Source of the DNA: Verrucomicrobiales bacterium | Lineage (GTDB): Bacteria > Verrucomicrobiota > Verrucomicrobiia > Verrucomicrobiales > V1-33 | Reading direction: 5' to 3' | Assembly: GCA_947462995.1 (NCBI GenBank) | Contig: CANHUG010000003.1 | Location: forward strand, 1-37,230 | DNA: 37,230 nucleotides | Notes under the pieces: generated by a model | What the model was told of the DNA's origin: nothing | The model's database searches: none | The model's input: the letters and a program-made list of their open reading frames with translations, nothing else | Shown here: positions 25,217 to 35,637 of the stretch, in pieces | Numbering within the stretch: position 1 is the first letter of the stretch | Layout of the letters: every line of letters starts with the position of its first letter | Made by a program: the position numbers and the translations under genes

Positions 25217-25873
25217 ATGGCCAATATCTTTCCTCGCTGGACGAATACGCTGCCGCTGAAGCTGCTGATTGCCCTCGGATTTGTCGGCGCAGCAGTTGCT
25301 GCAGGGGTGACATATTATGTCACCCAGGAGTATACGAACAAGGGTTACATGCCCTCGCAGCCGATACCGTTTTCGCATGAGCTGCATGCGGGTCAGGTGG
25401 GATTGGACTGTCGGTATTGTCACAGTTTCGTGGAGCAATCGGGGCATGCGAACGTGCCGTCTTCGAATACGTGCTGGAACTGTCACCAGCATGTGAAGAC
25501 GAACAGTCCACAGATTGCGAAGATCAAGGAGAGTGTGGAGACTGGGAAGCCGCTCCAGTGGGTGAAGGTGCACAAGGTGCCTGACTACGCGTATTTCAAT
25601 CACAGTGTCCATGTGAACAGCGGGGTGTCGTGTGTGAGCTGTCACGGGAAGATCAATGAGATGCCGGTGGTGTTTCAGGACCAGAGCCAGAGCATGGGCT
25701 GGTGTCTTGACTGTCACCGGGCGCCTGAGAATCACCTGAGGCCGCTGGACAAGATTACCAATCTGAACTGGACGGCGAAGGACGCTGGCCGGGAGCAGAA
25801 GGAGATGGGCGAGAAGCTCAAAGCCGCGTGGAAGATCAATCCTCCCGAGAATTGCGCCGGCTGTCACCGTTGA
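25217..25873 (+). CDS. actA: Alternative complex III pentaheme cytochrome c
   Basis: Start MANIFP; TM helix; QPIPFSHELHAG; five CxxCH (CRYCH, CWNCH, CVSCH, CLDCH, CAGCH). Confidence 0.93.
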   Translation: MANIFPRWTNTLPLKLLIALGFVGAAVAAGVTYYVTQEYTNKGYMPSQPIPFSHELHAGQVGLDCRYCHSFVEQSGHANVPSSNTCWNCHQHVKTNSPQIAKIKESVETGKPLQWVKVHKVPDYAYFNHSVHVNSGVSCVSCHGKINEMPVVFQDQSQSMGWCLDCHRAPENHLRPLDKITNLNWTAKDAGREQKEMGEKLKAAWKINPPENCAGCHR

Positions 25874-25936
25874 TTTTCCCAACCCCTGCAACCTGCTGAA
25901 ACTCAGCCCACGACCGCAGAAACTTTCCGGAACGCG

Positions 25937-28900
25937 ATGAAACGCATTTGGCACCATCCTGAAGAACCTAAGACTGGCAAACGCTTCTGGCGCAGCCTCT
26001 CACAGCTTGCGAAGACCCCTGCATCCCAGGAGTGGCTCGATCGCGAGTTTCCTGCTGGTGTGGCGGAGATGAAGGATGAGGCGGACGCGGAGACGAGTCG
26101 GCGGTCATTTTTGAAGCTGATGGGGGCGAGCACGGCGATGGCCGGGATGGCGGCCTGTCGGCGGCCGGAGTTGCATCTGACGCCGTATGCGAAGTCGCCG
26201 GAGTGGGTGATTCCTGGGAAGATTCTGTTTTATGCGACGGCGATGCCGCGGTCTGGCGGGGGTGTTCCGCTGGTGGTGCACACGCATGAGGGACGGCCGA
26301 CGCATTTGCAGGGGAACAAGCTGCATCCTGACAGCAATGGGGGGCTCGACAGCCAGACGCAGGCGTCGATTCTGAATTTGTATGATCCTGAGCGTGCGAA
26401 GGAGATTCTGAATTTCGGGAAGCCGGTGAAGACCGAGGATTTTCTCGGGTTTGTTGAGAAGAAGAAGGCGGAGTGGGCTGGGAAGGAAGGCGAGGGGTTG
26501 GCGATTCTGATTGATGAGACGGTGGCTCCGACGCGTGAGCGTCTGCTGGGTGAAGTGGCGAAGAAATTCCCTAAGGCGAAGGTGTACCAGCACGAGGCAT
26601 TTGGGGCGGTGAATGCGAAGCAAGCGTACGCGGCGGCATTTGGGCCGGGGAGTGCGGCGCTGTATCATTTTGAGAAGGCGGACCGGGTGTTTGCGCTCGA
26701 CTGTGATTTTCTTGGACTGGATCGGCTTGGCAACAAGTCGGTAGGTGAGTTCATGGCGCGGCGGAAGGCGGCGAGTCCTGAGGATGGGGCGTCGATGAAT
26801 CGGCTGTATGCGGTTGAAGGACGGTACACGCTGACGGGCGGGATGGCGGATCACAGGTTGCGGGTTCCGGCGAGTCAGACTCTGAAGGTGGCTGTGGATC
26901 TGGCGAAGGCTGTGGCGACTGCGACTGGGCATGCCGGGCTTGGCACTGCGGCAGGGGCGGTGAAGGTGGCAGGAGAGTTCAAGTTCCGCGATGATTACGC
27001 GGCATGGATCAAGTGTGCTGCGGATGACTTGGTGGCAGCGAAGGGCAAGTCTGTGGTGGTGGCGGGGACGGCTCACAGTGCCGGGATGCATGCGCTGGTG
27101 GCGCTGATGAACGAGGCGCTTGGAGCGTATGGGGCGACCATTGAGGTTCGGCAGACGGGTGTGCCGATCGTGGTCGGCGGAGTTGCCGAACTGATTGCGG
27201 CGGCGACGGCGAAGCAGATTGAAACGCTGATGGTGATCGGGGAAATTGACCCGGTGTTTGAAGCGTCTGCTGAGAAACTGGGCGAGGCACTGAAGACGGT
27301 GCCGAATCTGGTGGTGCATACGTTGCGGAATCGGACTGAGACGGCGCGTGCGGCGACATGGGTGGTGCCTGCTACGCATTACCTTGAGCAGTGGGGAGAT
27401 ACCCGTGGGTATGATGGGACGTATGCGGTGGTGCAGCCGATGGTGGCACCGCTTTATGCTGCGGCGATGAGTGATCTGCAGTTGCTGCAGGCGCTGGTGA
27501 CTGGTGAATCGCTTACGGTACCGGTGGCCCCTGCGGCGGCTCCGGTTCCGGGAGCCCCTGAGGATCCGGGAGCGGCAGCGAAGGCGGTGCGTGACACGTT
27601 CGGGGTGCTTGTGCAGGGGGCGGATGACGCGAAGTGGAACAACACCCTGCGCGACGGATTTGTTGCTGGGACGGTGTATCCGGCGGCAGGACCGTTCAAT
27701 GCGTCAGCGGCGGGCCAACTGGCGGCGGCGGCGGTTGATGTGGCGATGCCTCAGGGTGAATACGAGGTGGTGTTTGCGCCTTGCGCGAAGATTCACGATG
27801 GCCGCTATGTTAACAATGGCTGGCTACAGGAAGCGCCCGATCCAATTTCGAAGGTGACTTGGGACAATGCGGCGGTGATCAGCGTCAAGACGGCGAAGGA
27901 GTTGGGCATCAATCTGTTCAACGAGGATGCCGCGGACATGCTCGAGGTGGAAGTGAACGGCGTGAAGCGCTGGTTCCCGGCGATCACCGTGCCTGGTCAT
28001 GCTGACAACAGCATCCTGCTGACAGCGGGTTACGGGCAATCGGATCCCGGGGAAGTTGGGAATGGTGCCGGGTTTGATGTGTATGCGCTGCGTTCCTCGA
28101 AGTCGCCGTATTTCGCGGTGGGAGCGAAGGTTGCGAAGTTGAAGGCTGAGGTGACGGGTGATGCGCTAGCCGGGGTGGCGGGAAGGACTGAGATTCCTGC
28201 GGTTTATCCGGTTGGGGCGACGTCGGAGCACCACAGTATGTTTGGCCGCGCGCTGGTGCGGGAAGGCACAGTGGAGGACTGGAAGGGGAATGCTGACTTT
28301 GTCCTTGAGCAGGGCACCGACGGTCACCTTCACGGGAATCGGGAAGAGAAGTTTGCTGAGAACGCCTACAGCTTCTACAAGCCAGAAGGGGCGAAGGATG
28401 CGGATGGGAACCGGATTCCGCATCTGAGCGACATGACCCACCAGTGGGGCATGGTGATTGACTTGAACAAGTGCACTGGGTGCACCTCGTGTCTGGTGGC
28501 TTGTCAGTCGGAGAACAACATTCCGATCGTTGGGAAGGATCAGGTCCGGCGTGGTCGGGAGATGCACTGGATCCGGATGGACCGGTATTTTGCGACGGAT
28601 CTGGATTCGGACGCGGCGCTCAACAATCGTCGAGTCGAGCGGAATCCGTTCGATCCACAGGACAACGAGTGGAATGAAGACGAGATGGACGATCCGGAGA
28701 TGCTGATGCAGCCGGTGGCGTGCCAGCATTGCGAATCTGCGCCATGTGAGACTGTCTGTCCGGTGAATGCGACGGTGCACAGCGAGGATGGGCTCAATGT
28801 GATGGTGTACAACCGTTGTATTGGGACCCGGTATTGCGCGAACAACTGTCCGTTCAAGGCCCGCCGATTCAACTTCTTCGATTACAACAAGCGTAACCCG

Positions 28901-29458
28901 CTGGTGACCAAGAAGATCGGCGGTCTTGAGTTCAACAACCTCTATGCTGGTCCGGCGGGCGAGCGTGTGGACACGGAGTTGAGCAAGCTTCAGAAGAATC
29001 CGAACGTATCTGTCCGGATGCGCGGGGTGATTGAGAAGTGCACTTACTGCCTGCAGCGGATTGAGAGTGCGCGGATTGAGACTCGGGCTTCGGCGCGCAA
29101 GCAGAAGTCGCGTGCGACGGGGTCGGTGGATGAGACGATGGTCATTGAGGAGAAGGACCTCATGGTGGCGACGGACAGCATCAAAACTGCGTGTCAGGAA
29201 GCATGTCCGGCCGAGGCGATTGCCTTCGGCAACCTTAAGGACGAAAAGAGCACGGTAGTGGCGTGGAAGAATAATTCCCGGAACTATGAGTTGCTTGGGT
29301 ATCTGTCTGTGAGAGCGCGGACGACCTACCTTGCACGGATCAAGAATCCGAATCCGGCCCTTGTGGCAGCGTCGCCGCGCGAGGCGCGGAAAGTCGGCCA
29401 GGGTTCCAAGACCCGACACATTCATCTCGAGCACGGCGGTTCGCACGGCTCTCACTGA
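25937..29458 (+). CDS. actB: ACIII subunit B (molybdopterin-oxidoreductase-like plus Fe-S domain fusion)
   Basis: Tat motif SRRSFLKLMG...AACRRP; CTGCTSCLVAC, CQHCESAPCETVCP, CIGTRYCANNCP, CTYC...CQEACP. Confidence 0.95.
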   Translation: MKRIWHHPEEPKTGKRFWRSLSQLAKTPASQEWLDREFPAGVAEMKDEADAETSRRSFLKLMGASTAMAGMAACRRPELHLTPYAKSPEWVIPGKILFYATAMPRSGGGVPLVVHTHEGRPTHLQGNKLHPDSNGGLDSQTQASILNLYDPERAKEILNFGKPVKTEDFLGFVEKKKAEWAGKEGEGLAILIDETVAPTRERLLGEVAKKFPKAKVYQHEAFGAVNAKQAYAAAFGPGSAALYHFEKADRVFALDCDFLGLDRLGNKSVGEFMARRKAASPEDGASMNRLYAVEGRYTLTGGMADHRLRVPASQTLKVAVDLAKAVATATGHAGLGTAAGAVKVAGEFKFRDDYAAWIKCAADDLVAAKGKSVVVAGTAHSAGMHALVALMNEALGAYGATIEVRQTGVPIVVGGVAELIAAATAKQIETLMVIGEIDPVFEASAEKLGEALKTVPNLVVHTLRNRTETARAATWVVPATHYLEQWGDTRGYDGTYAVVQPMVAPLYAAAMSDLQLLQALVTGESLTVPVAPAAAPVPGAPEDPGAAAKAVRDTFGVLVQGADDAKWNNTLRDGFVAGTVYPAAGPFNASAAGQLAAAAVDVAMPQGEYEVVFAPCAKIHDGRYVNNGWLQEAPDPISKVTWDNAAVISVKTAKELGINLFNEDAADMLEVEVNGVKRWFPAITVPGHADNSILLTAGYGQSDPGEVGNGAGFDVYALRSSKSPYFAVGAKVAKLKAEVTGDALAGVAGRTEIPAVYPVGATSEHHSMFGRALVREGTVEDWKGNADFVLEQGTDGHLHGNREEKFAENAYSFYKPEGAKDADGNRIPHLSDMTHQWGMVIDLNKCTGCTSCLVACQSENNIPIVGKDQVRRGREMHWIRMDRYFATDLDSDAALNNRRVERNPFDPQDNEWNEDEMDDPEMLMQPVACQHCESAPCETVCPVNATVHSEDGLNVMVYNRCIGTRYCANNCPFKARRFNFFDYNKRNPLVTKKIGGLEFNNLYAGPAGERVDTELSKLQKNPNVSVRMRGVIEKCTYCLQRIESARIETRASARKQKSRATGSVDETMVIEEKDLMVATDSIKTACQEACPAEAIAFGNLKDEKSTVVAWKNNSRNYELLGYLSVRARTTYLARIKNPNPALVAASPREARKVGQGSKTRHIHLEHGGSHGSH

Positions 29459-29500
29459 TTATTCTCCTCCATCTCTTCAACTTCTCAGTTCCGCCAGCCT

Positions 29501-31003
29501 ATGGCCACCGCCGAAGCCCATGATCACCCGCCTGCAGGCGCCCCTTCCCGAGCGAAGGTGCTCCTCCGCGAGCCGCTGGTTCTCAATAACCGCAACTACA
29601 GCTGGATCACGAACAAGATCGCCAGTGTCATTGAGGAGCCTCAGCCGCTGCTCTGGTGGATCCTGATTGTTCCCAGTTTCTTCCTGACGCTGATCATGGT
29701 CGGGTGTTTCACGTACCTGATTTCGACGGGTGTCGGCGTCTGGGGACCAAATCAGCCGGCTGCGTGGGGATGGGACATTACGAACTTCGTCTTCTGGATC
29801 GGGATCGGTCACGCGGGGACGCTGATTTCGGCGATTCTGTATCTGACGCGTCAGAAGTGGCGGACCGCGGTGAACCGGTCTGCGGAAGCGATGACGATTT
29901 TCGCGGTGATGTGCGCGGGTTTGTTCCCGGCGCTGCACGTTGGGCGGGTGTGGATGGCGTGGTTTCTTGCGCCGATCCCGAACAGCAACCAGATCTGGCA
30001 GAACTTCAAGTCGCCGCTGCTGTGGGACGTTTTTGCGGTGTCCACGTACTTCACGGTGTCGGTGATTTTCTGGTTCCTTGGACTGGTGCCGGATCTTGCG
30101 ACGATGCGTGATCGGACGAAGCATCCGGTGAAGCGGACGCTGTATGCGTTGTTTGCGCTGGGTTGGAGAGGTGGGAACCGTCAGTGGCGGCACTATGAGA
30201 TTGCGTATGGGCTGCTGGCTGCGCTCTCGACCCCGCTGGTGCTTTCGGTGCACACGGTGGTTTCGTTCGACTTTGCGACGTCGGTGGTTCCGGGATGGCA
30301 CACGACGATCTTCCCTCCGTACTTTGTGGCGGGCGCGATTTTCGGCGGGTTTGCGATGGTGCTGACGCTGATGATTCCGGTTCGGAAGATCTACGGGCTG
30401 CAGGATCTTTTCACGATGAAGCACATCGACAACATGTCGAAGATCATTGTGCTGACGGGAACGATCGTCGGATACGCCTACCTGATGGAGTTGTTCATCG
30501 CGTGGTATTCGGGAAGCCTGTTTGAGTTCGATGCGTTCAAGTGGCGGATTCTGTACGGGCCGTACACGTGGGCGTACTACGGGATGTTCTTCTGCAACGT
30601 GATTGCGCCGCAGGCGTTCTGGTTCAAGAAGTGCCGCGAGAACCTGTGGGTGGTGATGGCTGTGTGCATGTGTGTGAACGCGGGGATGTGGTATGAGCGG
30701 TTCGTGATCATTGTGACGACGCTGACCCGTGATTTCCTCCCTGGAGCGTGGGACATGTACCATCCGAGCTGGGTGGAGATCTGGTCGTTCATTGGCACCT
30801 TCGGATTCTTCACGATGCTGTTCCTGCTGTTCCTGAGGTACCTGCCGGTGATTGCGATCGGGGAAGTGAAGGCGGTGCTTCCTGAGGCTGACCCACACTT
30901 CAATCCGAAGCTCAAGGAGCGGGATGCGGTGGTGCCAGCGCCGACTTACGATGGGGATTACGAGCACACTGGCGGCCGGGCGGCCGGAGGAGCTATTTCC
31001 TGA
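29501..31003 (+). CDS. actC: ACIII quinol-oxidising membrane subunit (NrfD/PsrC family)
   Basis: [61 protein letters not shown]. Confidence 0.95.
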   Translation: MATAEAHDHPPAGAPSRAKVLLREPLVLNNRNYSWITNKIASVIEEPQPLLWWILIVPSFFLTLIMVGCFTYLISTGVGVWGPNQPAAWGWDITNFVFWIGIGHAGTLISAILYLTRQKWRTAVNRSAEAMTIFAVMCAGLFPALHVGRVWMAWFLAPIPNSNQIWQNFKSPLLWDVFAVSTYFTVSVIFWFLGLVPDLATMRDRTKHPVKRTLYALFALGWRGGNRQWRHYEIAYGLLAALSTPLVLSVHTVVSFDFATSVVPGWHTTIFPPYFVAGAIFGGFAMVLTLMIPVRKIYGLQDLFTMKHIDNMSKIIVLTGTIVGYAYLMELFIAWYSGSLFEFDAFKWRILYGPYTWAYYGMFFCNVIAPQAFWFKKCRENLWVVMAVCMCVNAGMWYERFVIIVTTLTRDFLPGAWDMYHPSWVEIWSFIGTFGFFTMLFLLFLRYLPVIAIGEVKAVLPEADPHFNPKLKERDAVVPAPTYDGDYEHTGGRAAGGAIS

Positions 31004-31040
31004 AACCAATGCCTGCTGAACCTTTCACCGGATCACTGCT

Positions 31041-31595
31041 TTGAGCACACCACTGAAACGAGTCCACGGATACCTCGCTGAATTCACCAGCGTGCAGGAC
31101 GTCTACCATGCAGCCGAGAAGGTGCGTGACGCTGGGTTTTCCAGCTGGGATGTTCACTCACCGTTTCCGATTCACGGCTTGGACGATGCGATGGGGCTTC
31201 CCCGGAGCATTCTGCCAAAGTTTGTGTTTGTCGGGGGCATTACAGGGACGATGACGGCGTTCGCCCTGCAATACTTCACGCAGGTGATTGATTATCCGAC
31301 GGTGGTGCAGGCGAAACCTGCGAACATCTATACGATCCCGGCATTCTTCCCGGTGATGTTCGAACTGACGATTCTGTTTTCGGCGTTCACTGCGCTGTTT
31401 ACGTGTCTTGTGATGATGAAGCTGCCCCGGTTGCATCATCCGCTGTTCAACTCTGCGGCGTTTGCGCGGTTTTCGGATGACCGCTTTTTCTTGTGCATAG
31501 AGGCCCGCGATCCCCGGTTTTCGCTGGAGAAGACCAAGGCGTTTCTTGCCGAGGTAGGCGGGCAAAACATCGAACTTGTGGAAGACGAAGTCTAA
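31041..31595 (+). CDS. actD: ACIII subunit D (DUF3341)
   Basis: AEF...DVHSPFPIHGLDDAMGL, PAFFPVMFELTILFSA, DRFFLCIEARDP; TTG start. Confidence 0.92.
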   Translation: MSTPLKRVHGYLAEFTSVQDVYHAAEKVRDAGFSSWDVHSPFPIHGLDDAMGLPRSILPKFVFVGGITGTMTAFALQYFTQVIDYPTVVQAKPANIYTIPAFFPVMFELTILFSAFTALFTCLVMMKLPRLHHPLFNSAAFARFSDDRFFLCIEARDPRFSLEKTKAFLAEVGGQNIELVEDEV

Positions 31596-31616
31596 ACGGC
31601 TGATCCTGACTGACTT

Positions 31617-32324
31617 ATGCGTTACTTTTTCCTGGCTTTGCTTCTTGCAGGAGTGCTGGTGGTCGGCACCGCGGGATTCCGCGGAGACAAGTCGACCCGC
31701 ACGCCGATTGAGATATTCAACGACATGGACCATCAGGCGAAGCTCAAGCCGCAGGCATCGAGCCGGTTCCTTGGGAATGGGGCGTCGGCGCGCAAGCCGG
31801 TGGCTGGGACGGTGCCGATGGGTCTGAGCATTCCTGTGAAGGCCGCGGCCGATGGCGGGTATGCCAACTACGGGTTTTCTCACGGGGGCGATTACTACAA
31901 CACGGGGCGCCTAGGTGATTTCTACGGTGAGGGTTATCCTGAGCAGGTGGTGGTTGACGAAGCGTTTCTGCGACTTGGGAAAGAGCGTTATGACATCAAC
32001 TGTGCGGTTTGCCATGGCCGGTCCGGCAACGGAGTGGGTGTGACGAGTAAGTTCGGGGTACCGAACATTGCAAATTTCCATACTCCACCATTCCTTGATG
32101 CCAAGGATCCCGCGTATCGGGCAAATGGGTCGATTTTCGAGACCATTTCGAAAGGCAAAGGATTGATGGGATCTTATGGAGCGAACATTCCTGTAATGGA
32201 GCGCTGGGCGATTGTGGCGTGGGTGCGCACACTTCAGATGAGCCGCAGTGCACCACTTGCCGACCCTGCTGTTAAGGCGGCGTGGGATAAACTCAACCCG
32301 GCCCCGGTTACCGCGGCGAAGTAA
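31617..32324 (+). CDS. actE: ACIII monoheme cytochrome c
   Basis: DMDHQAKLKPQ, PVAGTV, CAVCHG, GKGLMGSY, ERWAIVAWVRTLQ. Confidence 0.9.
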   Translation: MRYFFLALLLAGVLVVGTAGFRGDKSTRTPIEIFNDMDHQAKLKPQASSRFLGNGASARKPVAGTVPMGLSIPVKAAADGGYANYGFSHGGDYYNTGRLGDFYGEGYPEQVVVDEAFLRLGKERYDINCAVCHGRSGNGVGVTSKFGVPNIANFHTPPFLDAKDPAYRANGSIFETISKGKGLMGSYGANIPVMERWAIVAWVRTLQMSRSAPLADPAVKAAWDKLNPAPVTAAK

Positions 32325-32341
32325 TCAACCATTTCTCTGAC

Positions 32342-33703
32342 ATGAGTCATCACGTTGAGGTTTCCGATCTCCCAGCCGACGGCGAGCAGCTGCAGGCGAG
32401 CAAATTTGCGCAGTGGAAGACCATCCTACTAGGGGCCGGCGGCGCTGGTCTGGCGATATCGCTCCTTCTGTTTCTCCTTGGAGGGGAGCGGGCGAATGCT
32501 TTTGCCTTCAGTTACCTGTTTGCATTTGAGGTGTTTTTCACGGTGACGGCGGGTGCGCTTTTCTGGGTTCTGCTGCACAGTGCGTCCAATTCTTCCTGGG
32601 GCGTGGCGATCCGCCGGGTGCCAGAGACCCTTGCTCAGTCGTTCGGGCTGCTGTTCCTGCTGGGACTGCCGTTGTTCACGCCGATGCTGCCGCTGGCTGC
32701 GAAGCCTGAGTGGACGAAGCACCTGTGGGAATGGATCGGGCTCCATCAGGATGTGCTGGCGCATCCATCTCCGGAAGCGCAGGGGTTGTCACTGCACGAC
32801 GCGCTGGGAGCGAATCATGATACCCTGCTGCTCTATAAGAAGTTTCCGTACCTGCACATTGGCTGGAACTTCCTACCTGGCTGGGACTACCGCTATCTGA
32901 TCATCTTTGTGTCGTTGTTCCTTGCCGCGCGCAAGATGCTGGGGCTGTCGGTTGCGCAGGATGCGACGGGCGACGTAGGTCCGACGTACAAGGCGCGCCG
33001 GTGGGCGAGCGGGTTGATGGTGGTTTTTGCTCTTTGTTCGACGTTTGCGTCGATCGACTGGGTTAAGAGCATGAACTACAAGTGGTTTTCGACGATGTTC
33101 GGTGTGAACGTTTTTGCGGGTTCGGCGCTGGCTTCGATGGCGGTGATCATTCTGGTGGTGGGTACGCTGGTGAAGACTGGGCATTTGAAGCACATTGTTT
33201 CGCCGGAGCATTTCCACCTGATGGGCAAGCTGATGTTCGCGTTCACGGTGTTCTGGGCGTACATTGCCTTCAGCCAGTTCTTCCTGATCTGGTATGCGAA
33301 CATCCCTGAGGAGACGCAGTTCTATGCGATCCGGAATACGAATGGATGGTGGTATGCGAGTCTTGGGCTGGTCTTTCTTCACTTTGCGCTGCCGTTCGTG
33401 CTGCTGCTCCGCCGGAACGCGAAGCGGGACGTCGGTTACATCATGGCCTGTGCGGCATTCATCGTTGGGGTGCACATCCTTGAGATGTACTGGATGGTGG
33501 TTCCAGAGCGGGGACGTGCGCTTTACGACTGGTCCTCTGCGACGGGTTCGGTGACGTGGATCCGGGATGTGGCTTTTGATGTGATTGCGCTGGTCACGTT
33601 TGCGGGGCTTTATGGTTTCGTGCTGCTGAAGAACCTTGCGAAACACAGTATTTATCCATGCGGTGACCCGCGGCTCGAGGAGTCGGTCAACGTGATGAAC
33701 TAA
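32342..33703 (+). CDS. actF: ACIII membrane subunit F
   Basis: About ten TM helices; DWVKSMNYKWFSTMFG, GKLMFAFTVFWAYIAFSQFFLIWYANIPEET. Confidence 0.92.
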   Translation: MSHHVEVSDLPADGEQLQASKFAQWKTILLGAGGAGLAISLLLFLLGGERANAFAFSYLFAFEVFFTVTAGALFWVLLHSASNSSWGVAIRRVPETLAQSFGLLFLLGLPLFTPMLPLAAKPEWTKHLWEWIGLHQDVLAHPSPEAQGLSLHDALGANHDTLLLYKKFPYLHIGWNFLPGWDYRYLIIFVSLFLAARKMLGLSVAQDATGDVGPTYKARRWASGLMVVFALCSTFASIDWVKSMNYKWFSTMFGVNVFAGSALASMAVIILVVGTLVKTGHLKHIVSPEHFHLMGKLMFAFTVFWAYIAFSQFFLIWYANIPEETQFYAIRNTNGWWYASLGLVFLHFALPFVLLLRRNAKRDVGYIMACAAFIVGVHILEMYWMVVPERGRALYDWSSATGSVTWIRDVAFDVIALVTFAGLYGFVLLKNLAKHSIYPCGDPRLEESVNVMN

Positions 33704-33708
33704 TTCCA

Positions 33709-34113
33709 ATGGCTGCTAATTCCATGCAAGAACATCCTGGAGATACCCTCGGCACCCGATTCCTCACGTTCTGGGGAGCGTTCGGGGCAATTGCGGCGGT
33801 GGCCGTGCTGCTGGCGGTTTACCGCTGGTGGGCGCTTCCTTCGGACGGAGCGACGAGTGATGGCGGGGCTGGGGCTGCCCGAGCGGAGATTGCGAAGGCA
33901 GTGGTGACGGAGCAGAATAAGGAGTACAGCACGGCAGCGGAGGTGGAGGCTGGAAAGACAGTGCGTCTGCCTGCGGATGCGATTGTGGGGTACGCTGCTG
34001 GAGTGCTGAAATCGCAGAAGCCCAGTCCGGGCCCCTTGAAGACACCTGAAGCGGCTGCCAAAGAAGCAGCCACGACGCACGATCCAAACCTTTCCAAGTT
34101 TGAAGGCAAGTAA
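33709..34113 (+). CDS. Single-TM hypothetical protein within the ACIII operon
   Basis: 5 nt after the actF stop; one hydrophobic helix and a short soluble tail. Confidence 0.75.
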   Translation: MAANSMQEHPGDTLGTRFLTFWGAFGAIAAVAVLLAVYRWWALPSDGATSDGGAGAARAEIAKAVVTEQNKEYSTAAEVEAGKTVRLPADAIVGYAAGVLKSQKPSPGPLKTPEAAAKEAATTHDPNLSKFEGK

Positions 34114-34146
34114 CCCGCAACCCGGAGCGATTCGAATTTTCCGCCC

Positions 34147-35637
34147 ATGAGTCAGGAAACTCCATCCCTGCCCCCCGGAGTCACCCCGGAGGATATTCTG
34201 CAGCGTGCTGCGATCGACAAGTCGACGCGCCTGCCGGTTCTGTTCTTTTTCACCAGTGGCGCGGCATGGCTGCTGGTGGCGACGTTACTTGGGTTACTTG
34301 CTTCACTGAAGTTTGTGGCCACTGGGGCGTTCAAGTATGAGGTGCTGAACCTTGCGCGGGTGCAGCCTGCGTTTGTGAACGCACTGGTTTACGGCTGGGC
34401 CTATCAGGCTGGGTTCGGGGTGATGATCTGGATCATGGCCCGGCTCTGCCGCACGGAGTTGAGGAATCCTGTGACACTGATTGTGGCGGGGCACTTCTGG
34501 AATCTCGGGGTGACGCTAGGAGTTGCGGGGATTCTGGGTGGGCAGGGTAATTTGCACATGAAGCTGCTGGAGTTTCCGGCGATGGTGTGGCCGCTGTTGC
34601 TGGTGGCTTACCTGCTGATCGTGGTCTGGCTGGTGGTGATGTATTCCGCGCGGCGTCCGGGCAGCGGGTACATCTCGCAATGGTATATCCTTGCGGCCTG
34701 TTTCACGTGGCCGTGGATGTATCTGGTGGCCAACGTGCTGCTGAATGTGTTCAAGAAGGCCGGGGTGGCTGGTCCGGTGATTGCATCGTGGTATGCGAAC
34801 GGGGTGACGTTCCTCTGGATGGTGCCGGTTGGGCTGGCGAGTGCCTACTTCATCATTCCGAAGATCACTGGGAAGGCGATTCACAGCTACAATCTGAGCA
34901 GCTTTGCTTTCTGGTCGCTTCTGGCGCTGGCTCCGTGGGCGGGTGCTCAGGAACTGATTGGTGGTCCGGTGCCTGCGTGGATCCCTGCGGTGGCGGGGAC
35001 GGCTCAGATTCTGCTGCTGATTCCGATGTTGGCGGTTTGCCTGAACCATTATCAAACGGTGCGCGGAGCGCACGATCTGGTGGCGGTGAGTCCGAGCCTT
35101 CGGTTCACGTTTTTCGGGGCGGTGGGTTATGTGTGCACGTGTGTGGCGTCCGCGGTGCTTGGGTCGATGTCATTGAGCCGGTATACCTTCCTGAGCTTTA
35201 CCCAGGATGGGGTGATGATGATGGGGACGTACATGTTCTTCACGATGGCGATGTTTGGAGCGATCTATTTTATCGTGCCGCGGATTACGGCGTGCGAGTG
35301 GGTTAGCGGGGCGCGGATCCGGCTGCATTTCTGGCTGTCGGCGTATGCGATCATCGGATTGTGTTCCCTGCTGCTGATTGCCGGGCTCTCGCATGGCTCG
35401 GCGATTGATGAGTGGGAATCGAGTTTCGAGACTGCGGTAATGTTTTCGAAGGGCTATCTGGTGGGACGGATCTTCCTTTGGATCTTCCTTGTCGCGGCGA
35501 ATGTCATCTTCATCCATCAGCTTGTCCTTATGGTCATGAACCGGGGCCGGAAGGCCGGGACGCCGACACTGATTCACCAACCTACGCCTTACGAGACGGC
35601 GGAACTTGTCATCACCACCGAAGGAGCAGAGGCATGA
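34147..35637 (+). CDS. cbb3-type oxidase subunit I (CcoN) homologue lacking the metal-ligand histidines
   Basis: About 12 TM helices with CcoN landmarks (LEFP, YISQWY, YFIIPK, IHSYNLS, FW, GAIYFIVPR, HFWL), but all His ligand positions are substituted. Confidence 0.85.
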   Translation: MSQETPSLPPGVTPEDILQRAAIDKSTRLPVLFFFTSGAAWLLVATLLGLLASLKFVATGAFKYEVLNLARVQPAFVNALVYGWAYQAGFGVMIWIMARLCRTELRNPVTLIVAGHFWNLGVTLGVAGILGGQGNLHMKLLEFPAMVWPLLLVAYLLIVVWLVVMYSARRPGSGYISQWYILAACFTWPWMYLVANVLLNVFKKAGVAGPVIASWYANGVTFLWMVPVGLASAYFIIPKITGKAIHSYNLSSFAFWSLLALAPWAGAQELIGGPVPAWIPAVAGTAQILLLIPMLAVCLNHYQTVRGAHDLVAVSPSLRFTFFGAVGYVCTCVASAVLGSMSLSRYTFLSFTQDGVMMMGTYMFFTMAMFGAIYFIVPRITACEWVSGARIRLHFWLSAYAIIGLCSLLLIAGLSHGSAIDEWESSFETAVMFSKGYLVGRIFLWIFLVAANVIFIHQLVLMVMNRGRKAGTPTLIHQPTPYETAELVITTEGAEA

